Shown here piece after piece: positions 28,582-36,312 of a stretch of DNA of 64,000 nucleotides; within the stretch, counting starts at the first letter, position 1; each line of letters begins with the position of its first letter. The stretch is taken from contig JBOEGD010000030.1 in NCBI GenBank assembly GCA_050633245.1, forward strand, positions 153,419 through 217,418, read 5' to 3'. This DNA comes from Calditrichia bacterium (lineage in GTDB: Bacteria > Calditrichota > Calditrichia > RBG-13-44-9 > J075). The position numbers were made by a program, and so were the translations under genes. The notes beneath the pieces were generated by a model, which made no database searches, was not told the DNA's origin, and saw nothing but the letters and a program-made list of their open reading frames with translations.

Positions 28582-29355
28582 ATGTTACGTACACTTGAAG
28601 CAACCGAATATATCACACCACTGCGCGAAGGCGGTTCCCTGCCCGGTGTTGTGCGTGCTGAAGATGGAAATACCTACGCAATGAAGTTTATCGGTGCTGG
28701 TCAGGGTGTAAAAACCCTGATTGCCGAGTTGATCGCCGGTGAGATTGCCCGTGTGCTGGGCTTCAACATGCCCGAGCTTGTGTTGTTGAATCTCGATCCC
28801 AAAATCGGTGCCAGTGAACCGGATGCTGAGATACAGGATTTATTAAACTTTAGTGCCGGGCTAAATCTCGGTATGGCCTTCCTGGAACATTCCCTTCCTT
28901 TTAGTAAAGCACTTTTTCCATCATTTACAGAATCATTTGCATCGCGTCTGGTGTGGTTCGATGCCTTTATTACCAACGTTGATCGCACTCCGAGAAATGT
29001 TAACATGCTTATCCATCAGAACGATATCTGGCTAATTGACCACGGCGCAGCTCTGTACTTCCAACACAATTGGCAAGACCACTACAAGCAGGCGGAAACC
29101 CCTTTTGCGCTTGTAAAAGATCATGTGCTGATTTCGGATGCTTCAGAAATCCGATATGCTGATGAGGAATGCAAATCGCTACTCAATCGCACGATTTTTG
29201 AAACAATCGTTAATATGATACCGTATGCATGGTTAGAGACCGACAAGATGTTTGATTCCCCCGAAGCTTATCGAAACGGTTTTGTAGAATATCTGGATCA
29301 TCGGCTGAAGCATTCCGATGTCTTTGTGAGGGAGGTTGAGCGTGTCCGAACGTGA
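28582..29355 (+). CDS. HipA-like (HipA_2) Ser/Thr kinase
   Basis: REGGSLP loop, MKF lysine, AELIA glutamate, catalytic DRTPRN, IDHG. Confidence 0.85.
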   Translation: MLRTLEATEYITPLREGGSLPGVVRAEDGNTYAMKFIGAGQGVKTLIAELIAGEIARVLGFNMPELVLLNLDPKIGASEPDAEIQDLLNFSAGLNLGMAFLEHSLPFSKALFPSFTESFASRLVWFDAFITNVDRTPRNVNMLIHQNDIWLIDHGAALYFQHNWQDHYKQAETPFALVKDHVLISDASEIRYADEECKSLLNRTIFETIVNMIPYAWLETDKMFDSPEAYRNGFVEYLDHRLKHSDVFVREVERVRT

Positions 29356-29725
29356 AGCCTTCAACTATAGCATAATCCGGATTATTCCACGAGTAGATAG
29401 ACAGGAATTCTTGAATGCCGGTATCGTTTTATTTAGCCGCACCAGGCACCTGTTAACCTGCCGTATCGATTATAGTTTGCCCCGATTACAATCTTTTTCC
29501 CCCGAAGCGGACATTGACATTATTCGCAAGCAGCTGAAAGCGATAGAGTGTATCTGTACTGGCGATCCCACTGCAGGATATTTTTGTGGACTTAGTCAAT
29601 CGGAGCGTTTTAGCTGGTTGGTTGCTCCAACAAGCACTATTGTGCAGATGTCTCCTGCCCACACTGGAATCGGCTCTAATCTTTCACATGAGCTAGATGC
29701 GCTCTACGATCTGTTGGTAGCATAA
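29336..29725 (+). CDS. DUF3037 domain protein
   Basis: YSIIRIIPRVDRQEFLNAG, RFSWLVAP, SPAHTG; 20-bp overlap with the kinase. Confidence 0.82.
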   Translation: MSVSEREAFNYSIIRIIPRVDRQEFLNAGIVLFSRTRHLLTCRIDYSLPRLQSFSPEADIDIIRKQLKAIECICTGDPTAGYFCGLSQSERFSWLVAPTSTIVQMSPAHTGIGSNLSHELDALYDLLVA

Positions 29726-29809
29726 GCCTACTTCCGCTGTTTTAAACGAACTAAAATCTTTACCATATAATAACTCGTATCCATACAAACCTTTCGTGAG
29801 GAGGAAGAT

Positions 29810-30667
29810 ATGAATGGATTAGTATTTTTAGGAGTAGCTATACTCATTATCTTTTTATTTGGAATTCGTATTGTAAGACCGACCCACCGTGGCCTTGTTG
29901 AGCGTTTGGGAAAATACAATCGCTTTGCCAGTCCGGGATTCAATTGGATCATCCCGATTATTGACCGGATGTATCAGGTAAATACAACCGAGATGATGAT
30001 GGATGCTCAACCACAGGAAATTATTACCAATGATAACCTAAATGCTACCGTCGATGCGCAAGTGTATTTCAAAATTCGCGATGATGAAGATAGTGTGAAG
30101 CGCTCGCAGTATAATGTAAACGACGTGCAGCGACAGATTGTTAACCTGGCTCGTACCACGCTTCGTAACATCATTGGTACCATGACGCTGAAGTCTGCAA
30201 ACAGCGAGCGTGGCAGAATTAACAATGATCTGCATAATGTTCTGATTGAAGAAACAAAAACCTGGGGCATTGATGTTGTGCGAACGGAGCTGAAACAGAT
30301 CGACCCGCCACGCGATGTGCAGGAAACCATGAACAAAATTGTAAAAGCTGAGAACGAAAAAATTGCTGCTGTCGATTATGCTACGGCTACGGAAACTGCT
30401 GCCGATGGTGATAAGCGTTCATCCATTAAACAGGCTGAGGGAGTTCGTCAGTCTCGTATTTTGGAAGCGGAAGGACGGGCAGAAGCCATTCGCTTGGTGA
30501 ATGAAGCAGCGAATCAATACTTTGTCGGCAATGCTCAGCTGTTGAAGCAGCTGGAGACGGTTCAAGGTTCTCTGGAAAATAATGCAAAAATTGTCGTTCC
30601 GGCGAATTCGGAATTAATCAATGTTATCGGAGAGATGGCAGGTATTCTGCCCGTAAAGAAGAAGTAA
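29810..30667 (+). CDS. SPFH/Band 7 (stomatin-like) protein
   Basis: GLVERLGKY, QEIITND, TTLRNIIG, WGIDV. Confidence 0.93.
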   Translation: MNGLVFLGVAILIIFLFGIRIVRPTHRGLVERLGKYNRFASPGFNWIIPIIDRMYQVNTTEMMMDAQPQEIITNDNLNATVDAQVYFKIRDDEDSVKRSQYNVNDVQRQIVNLARTTLRNIIGTMTLKSANSERGRINNDLHNVLIEETKTWGIDVVRTELKQIDPPRDVQETMNKIVKAENEKIAAVDYATATETAADGDKRSSIKQAEGVRQSRILEAEGRAEAIRLVNEAANQYFVGNAQLLKQLETVQGSLENNAKIVVPANSELINVIGEMAGILPVKKK

Positions 30668-30701
30668 GCAATTACCATCGCTTAGAGCCGTTGAATTTTC
30701 A

Positions 30702-30741
30702 AAGAAGTCGTTCCGAAACTTTTGGAGCGGCTTCTTGTTTT
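30702..30741. terminator. Hairpin between convergent genes
   Basis: aagaagtcgttcc ... ggagcggcttctt. Confidence 0.6.
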
Positions 30742-32650
30742 ATAGCGGCAGTTCAATTCGAAATGTCGTCCCCTCACCGAGTACGCTGCTAACAGAAATA
30801 TTCCCCTGATGTTTTTCAACCACATTTTTAACGTTCGCCAATCCCACACTCATACGTACCGTGTGGTTATTATTGCCAAAACCAATGTCAAAAAGTGTGT
30901 CCAGCTTATCTTGTGGAATGCCCTTTCCTGAATCGGCTAGCAAAATAATGCAATGTTCTTTTTCAACGCGCGTGCTAATAGTAACGCTTCCACTGTCTTC
31001 AATGGCATCGATGGCGTTCGTAAGCAGCGTCATAAAAACCTGATTCAGCTGCGACGGGTAACCCTGTAACTTTGGTATTTCAGCATATTGTGTTTCGATT
31101 GTGATGTGTTCAGGCATCTGAGTTTTCAATAGTTCTATGGTGTCATTCAAGCAGGAATGAATATCGATACGCTGTAGATCTGCCTCATCCAGCCTGACAA
31201 AGTTTTTAAGCCTTCCAACCAAATCTATAATGCGGCTCCCGGCTTCCAGGGTAGCAGTATTATTGCGCTTTAATATATCAATTGTACGCTCAAGTTTTTT
31301 TGTTGGTTGTGTCGTCTCCGTCGATAAAATTGTTTCAACTTCCTGTTCAATTCTGTTTATCGCTCGATTGGAGACATCGGTAATGCTGTTGATAACGCCG
31401 ATGGGATTATTGACCTCGTGCGCGATTCCAGCAACCAGGTTGCCTAGCAGCGCCAGCTTCTCCGACTGAATAAGTGATGCTTGCATCTCGGCCAACTCTA
31501 TATAACGCAAGCGATGAATTTCAGTTTCCTTTTCGGCCTTTTCCAAGTCCATTTGAATCTGCATTTTTTCAAGCCGCGTCTGGCTTTCCTCGCTGTAGAT
31601 TTGTTCTTTCAACTCCTGCAGCTTTTCGAGGTGACTTAGGGCCAGATTTGCATCTTCTAATTTCTTATAGCATTTATAAAGCCCCTCATGAATACGGCGG
31701 AGAGTAGGCTTCGCATCGGTTCCCTCCATAACAATCAGGGCATTATTGAAATAGTTTATCGCCTTTTGCGGCTCGCTATGGCTCAGAAAGAAGTCTCCCT
31801 GGCTAATCAGCGTACTTCCTATTGCATCTTTGTTTTCGAGTCGGTCATTATTTTTATTTGCTTTTTGATAGTAGGTTTTGGCCTGAGCTGCATCGGACAT
31901 TTCGCTATAGAGTTCCGCAATTGCGGTCTGCGTTCGGGATAAGCCAATTGCCAAATCCAGTTCTGCAAAAAGAGTTTCACTTTCAAGATAGCACTGAAGT
32001 GCTTTGTCGTGATCACCAATCTTGCGAAAGGATTGGCCCAAGGTAAAAAGGATGAGACTTTCACCGACGGAATAATCAATTTTCCGAAAAAGTGTTAATG
32101 CCTTAAGGTCGTGCTCTATGGCTCGCGCGGCATCTTTGTTGACTCGGTAAATAGCTGCAAGATTATGCATGCCCCAGGCTTCGCCACGCGTATTCTTTAT
32201 TTCACGATTTATTTCAAGAGCAGAAAGATAGCTTTCTAATGCACGGTCATAGCTGCCAAGTTGATGGAATGCATATCCCATGGCATCGATAACATCTGCT
32301 TCGGCTTTACGCTCATTATTAAGATCGCGCACCCTTGCCAATGCTTCTTCCAGTGTATTGATACCTTCTTTCAAGTCTGTTTTACCAACGGATTGTAGAT
32401 ATCCTTCATTGCGTAGGCTAAAGGCGAGGCCTTTTTCATAATTCAGTTTTTCGGAGAGTGCACGGCCCTGTTGCGTTAGCTCTGTAGCGCGGGGAATATT
32501 GTTGAGGCCGGTTTCCCAGGCAAGGTCCAGCAATATGTCTACGTGTGCCGTTGTATTGTGTAAGGAAGAATCCAGCTCACTTAGCTGTTCTTCGAGTTGT
32601 TTTATTTGAGGGGTTTGCATGCGCTTCTCTTTTTGAAGATTCCGCTGCAA
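30740..32650 (-). CDS. Cytoplasmic TPR-domain sensor histidine kinase (orphan)
   Basis: N-terminal TPRs, H-box GIAHEVNNP, N-box NAID, DSGKG, GEGTTF. No TM helix and no adjacent response regulator. Confidence 0.88.
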   Translation of the reverse strand: MQRNLQKEKRMQTPQIKQLEEQLSELDSSLHNTTAHVDILLDLAWETGLNNIPRATELTQQGRALSEKLNYEKGLAFSLRNEGYLQSVGKTDLKEGINTLEEALARVRDLNNERKAEADVIDAMGYAFHQLGSYDRALESYLSALEINREIKNTRGEAWGMHNLAAIYRVNKDAARAIEHDLKALTLFRKIDYSVGESLILFTLGQSFRKIGDHDKALQCYLESETLFAELDLAIGLSRTQTAIAELYSEMSDAAQAKTYYQKANKNNDRLENKDAIGSTLISQGDFFLSHSEPQKAINYFNNALIVMEGTDAKPTLRRIHEGLYKCYKKLEDANLALSHLEKLQELKEQIYSEESQTRLEKMQIQMDLEKAEKETEIHRLRYIELAEMQASLIQSEKLALLGNLVAGIAHEVNNPIGVINSITDVSNRAINRIEQEVETILSTETTQPTKKLERTIDILKRNNTATLEAGSRIIDLVGRLKNFVRLDEADLQRIDIHSCLNDTIELLKTQMPEHITIETQYAEIPKLQGYPSQLNQVFMTLLTNAIDAIEDSGSVTISTRVEKEHCIILLADSGKGIPQDKLDTLFDIGFGNNNHTVRMSVGLANVKNVVEKHQGNISVSSVLGEGTTFRIELPL

Positions 32651-32683
32651 ATTAGGATGTTTTTTTGGGGATTACAAGAGATT

Positions 32684-32805
32684 AGAGCCGCACAGCAGTG
32701 CGGCTTTACCAGAGCCGTGGGTTGCGATTATCCGGATCCGTTGATCGCAACCCACGTTACGATCGCTGATGAGTTGTGTTGTTGAGCCGCACTATTGTGG
32801 TGGAG
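32684..32805. repeat. Cluster of REP-like palindromes
   Basis: gccgcac-agca-gtgcggc; cgtgggttgcgat...atcgcaacccacg; a third degenerate gagccgcac copy. Confidence 0.7.
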
Positions 32806-34269
32806 CTACTGTAGCTGTGCAACCGCCCGTTGTGCCGATGGCATTTGTGGGTCGAGCTCCAGTGCTCTTTTATAATTAACCAGTGCTTTTTTGCGATCGC
32901 CTTTTTGCAGCCAGGCCTCGCCGAGGCTGTCATAGCAGTTCGCTGCGTCGGGAAAGAGCTCCGTGTTTAGGGTAAACATTGCGATAGCATCATCGATCTC
33001 TTTATCCCACATCAGCTCGTAGCCAATGTTGTTAAGTATCAGATCTCTCGGATCGTCCGGATGAAAATTAATAGTGAGTGAATCAAAGTTTGTTTTAACG
33101 AACTTGATGCCCTGACTTTTGAATGCCTTATAGACATTTTGCCCCGCGGGAAGATGGGGCTTCTGTGGAGTTTTACCGCGAATTATTGCGAGAATGCCCT
33201 GACCCAACTGCTCGGCAACCGGTTCATCCATATTTGCGAATACGAGCACGGAGGTTTGTATTCCGGGCATCTCATAAATGACGGTGTTGGTACCGTTAAA
33301 TCCACCGGCACTACCAAATGCTTTGTCTCCACCCTCAGCATACAGCTCTATTGCGCGCCTAATAAACGGATCCGCTTCGCGGATGGGTGTACTGAGCAAG
33401 CTGTCGCTATAATAAAATACCTGATAAAATTTCAATATATCTGCAGCGGTGGAATAAAATCCACCGTCGGGTTTTGCCTGTTCCTGAAACTCCAGATTGT
33501 CTTCCAACTCGCCTTTAATCGTTTTGAAATATCCAACGGCTCGATTCTTTACCGCATGCGTATTCTCTACAAATGTCTCGTTGAGTTTTAAGGGAATGGT
33601 AATATGCTCTTTAATATTTTCATAGTAGCTTTTGCCACTCACCTTTTCGATGATTGCCCCGAGCAGTACATAGCCGGTATTGGAATACTCTTGCTCCGTT
33701 CCCGGCTGAAACAGTAACGGCAATTTGCGCGCTCGTTCTACAATGCCTGCAATATTGCGTGTCTTTTGTTCAGACTGAAAGAAGTCCGGGGTAAAATAGT
33801 CTCCATAGCCAGAGCGATGTGAGAGCAGATAGTCAATAGTGATTTTAGAGGCAGCTTCATCCGGAAAGCCGGCGAGGAACTTCCCAAGGTTATCTTCCCG
33901 CCGTAAGATGCCCTCTTCCAGAAGTTTGTAAATTAACAGTTTGGTAAACGTCTTGTTCATCGAGCCGATGTTAAATCGCGTCCGTACCGTATTGGCCTTA
34001 CCGGTCTCGCGGTTAGAAAGCCCGAATGCTTTTAAGTAAAAGGGGTGCCCTTTTTCTGCAATAAGAACAACGCCGGAAAATATATCAAGATCCTGATACT
34101 GTTTTATCAACAAATCTGTTTCACTGATAATTCGCGAAGCATTCCTTTCTATTTGGGAGAGCGGCTCTTTCTTGGGAGATTCAGATTGACAGGAAAGGTA
34201 AAATAACGTAGTAGTAAATAATAAATAGCGTAAGAACATGGCAAACCTCGGCGTGTTGGAGTGACTCAA
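32806..34269 (-). CDS. Beta-lactamase-like serine hydrolase lipoprotein with C-terminal TPR
   Basis: Lipobox YLS-C, SMNK, YSN, YDSLGEAW TPR. Confidence 0.88.
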   Translation of the reverse strand: MSHSNTPRFAMFLRYLLFTTTLFYLSCQSESPKKEPLSQIERNASRIISETDLLIKQYQDLDIFSGVVLIAEKGHPFYLKAFGLSNRETGKANTVRTRFNIGSMNKTFTKLLIYKLLEEGILRREDNLGKFLAGFPDEAASKITIDYLLSHRSGYGDYFTPDFFQSEQKTRNIAGIVERARKLPLLFQPGTEQEYSNTGYVLLGAIIEKVSGKSYYENIKEHITIPLKLNETFVENTHAVKNRAVGYFKTIKGELEDNLEFQEQAKPDGGFYSTAADILKFYQVFYYSDSLLSTPIREADPFIRRAIELYAEGGDKAFGSAGGFNGTNTVIYEMPGIQTSVLVFANMDEPVAEQLGQGILAIIRGKTPQKPHLPAGQNVYKAFKSQGIKFVKTNFDSLTINFHPDDPRDLILNNIGYELMWDKEIDDAIAMFTLNTELFPDAANCYDSLGEAWLQKGDRKKALVNYKRALELDPQMPSAQRAVAQLQ

Positions 34270-34276
34270 TATAGGT

Positions 34277-34305
34277 ATGACGCCGAAGGTTTGGGAAAAG
34301 TTTTA
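34277..34305 (-). promoter_or_regulatory. Putative ECF-sigma promoter
   Basis: Minus strand TAAAAC-N17-CGTCAT. Confidence 0.45.
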
Positions 34306-34337
34306 TCGGTGATCGGTGATCGGTGATCGGTGATTGG
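34305..34337. repeat. Heptamer tandem repeat (ATCGGTG)x4+
   Basis: Read directly. (ACTTCTG)x2.4 also occurs at 34381-34397. Confidence 0.9.
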
Positions 34338-34395
34338 AAAAATTCTACTTGGCTAGCTAAAAAATCAAACCGTATTTTTTACTTCTGACTTCTGA

Positions 34396-36051
34396 CTAGT
34401 CACTCCCAGCTTCCATTTTTGCAATCATTTGCCTACCATTATCATTTTCGGGATTAAGCTCAATCGATTTCTTGTAAGACTGAATGGCCAGTTCGGTATT
34501 CCCTTGATACATATAGCCTTCACCGAGACTGTCATACGTATTCCACGACTCCGGGTGCGCGGCTACATTTAAGCGGAATAGCGTTATTGCGGCTTCCATA
34601 TTTTTTTCGGACATCTTGCCGTAGCCAGCTCTGTTTATCTCGTCTTCAAAGTCGGTAAACTGATTAAGCTTATTGCTTTTCTTTTTCTTGAAGTAACTTG
34701 CTGCCGCATCAAAGCCCTTTGTGTCTGCGAGCTCGAGTAGCTCTTTACCAAGTCGCGTATGCTTGTGCTTGAGTATCGCTTGCATTGCCGGATCAATATT
34801 GTTGTGATAGTCTGTAGAAGTCAATGGCGTATAGAGATCCGGGGCAGTCCATTGGCGATCGTCTCTTGGATCCATATCCTGCCACCATAAATATGATGCG
34901 CGAACTGTAATACCGCTATTGGGAAGCTTAATTTTTTGAGTATCACCAAACAAATTAACGTTCTGTGATGTGGGTTCACCAACAAAGGTAACGTGGGTCC
35001 AATTTTCAAGTCGGTTTGTGAAATTCTGAGCAGCAGAAAACGTGCGGGCTCCAATTATACAAAACAGTATTCCGGCCCGCTCCAGATTTGGGCGCTGAAT
35101 AATTTCTTTTATGACGGGTCTTGTAAGGTAGTTATTTCCCCCGCCGTTACGGCGAATATCAACAACCAGTCGATCTGCTTCGCGGGTATCGATATCTTTA
35201 AACACGCGATTTGCAAATGCTGGAAGACTTTCTTCATCACTATTTCGGATGCTGTTAATTTGAATATAGGCAGTTTTAGTTGCATCATCATAAATATAAG
35301 CAAATGGTTTATTAACGTTACGCAGCCAGAGTGGAGTCGGATTCTTTGATTTATCCCGCGCGTCTGCCCAGTTGCCATCTTCACGTGCAAAGTGATGACC
35401 ACTGTTACCCTTATAGTCGCTGGTTGTTAAGCGCTTGGTAATAGACTTTCCATTTTTACTGAAGGTGAACTCTGTAGATTCTGTACCGGAACTAAGCCGA
35501 ACTGCATGCAAAACTTTTGGCATCGTAAACAGTACTGGTAAATTGTATTTCAACCCCTGATCATTGTCCCTGGCGATAAGTGGTGATAAAGCTTTTAATG
35601 CATCGTCAATGCTCGCCTTTTCTATTGCAATGAGCTCAGCGCCTACAATCTCGGACAAGTCCTTAGGTGCAGCTTTAACAAAAATGCCATCTTCCAACCA
35701 GTGGAATTGTAGTGCAAATCGTTTGAACGGAATTGCTCTATCACCAAAGCGAATACCGGAATGGCCATCGCCAACAGCATTTGCGATGCGGGCGAGCTCT
35801 ACGATTACTTCGTGTGATTGCATGTTCGGAATATTTGCGTGAAGTTTTTTTACTGCATTGTGAAAGGATTCTTCGGATTGAGTGTGAAATAGATCTTTGT
35901 GACGTTCCTGCATTTCAGTAGAGAGAGTTTGCAGATCTTCTCGCCATTGCTCCGGGGTAAGTGTCTCCTGGGCAATTACTTTGCTATGTAATACGAATAG
36001 GGAAACAATAATTGAAATAACTAAAGCTAGTTTTTTTAGCAATTCTTTCAT
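34396..36051 (-). CDS. Secreted S41-like peptidase with C-terminal TPR
   Basis: Signal peptide, DIRRNGGG, TFSAA, VGEPT, YDSLGEGY. Confidence 0.82.
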   Translation of the reverse strand: MKELLKKLALVISIIVSLFVLHSKVIAQETLTPEQWREDLQTLSTEMQERHKDLFHTQSEESFHNAVKKLHANIPNMQSHEVIVELARIANAVGDGHSGIRFGDRAIPFKRFALQFHWLEDGIFVKAAPKDLSEIVGAELIAIEKASIDDALKALSPLIARDNDQGLKYNLPVLFTMPKVLHAVRLSSGTESTEFTFSKNGKSITKRLTTSDYKGNSGHHFAREDGNWADARDKSKNPTPLWLRNVNKPFAYIYDDATKTAYIQINSIRNSDEESLPAFANRVFKDIDTREADRLVVDIRRNGGGNNYLTRPVIKEIIQRPNLERAGILFCIIGARTFSAAQNFTNRLENWTHVTFVGEPTSQNVNLFGDTQKIKLPNSGITVRASYLWWQDMDPRDDRQWTAPDLYTPLTSTDYHNNIDPAMQAILKHKHTRLGKELLELADTKGFDAAASYFKKKKSNKLNQFTDFEDEINRAGYGKMSEKNMEAAITLFRLNVAAHPESWNTYDSLGEGYMYQGNTELAIQSYKKSIELNPENDNGRQMIAKMEAGSD

Positions 36052-36112
36052 GGGGCTTCCTCGTTAATGAACCCAAAGAGGTTTTGTGTATATAGATTGA
36101 CTACGTAATAAT

Positions 36113-36141
36113 TAGACAGTTTGATTCAAAAAAAAGTTTAC
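36113..36141 (-). promoter_or_regulatory. Putative ECF-sigma promoter
   Basis: Minus strand GTAAAC-N17-TGTCTA. Confidence 0.4.
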
Positions 36142-36206
36142 AAGGGAAAAAAATTGACGGCATTCGGTAAAATTTTAGCTTGCTGTGAGACAAAGTCAAG
36201 TAGTAG

Positions 36207-36276
36207 TCACGACTCACGACTCACGACTCACGACTCACGACTCACGACTCACGACTCACGACTCACGACTCACGAT
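36207..36276. repeat. Perfect heptamer tandem repeat (TCACGAC)x9 + TCACGAT
   Basis: Read directly; lies in a divergent intergenic region. Confidence 0.97.
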
Positions 36277-36312
36277 TGTCTTATTGCCCAATTGCCTTCT
36301 TCCCACTAAATT

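Noticed and set aside
36121-36309. ORF with SRLTTHD repeats, or a possible CRISPR-like array
   Set aside because: It is only the translation of the 7-bp tandem repeat. There are no spacers and no cas genes.
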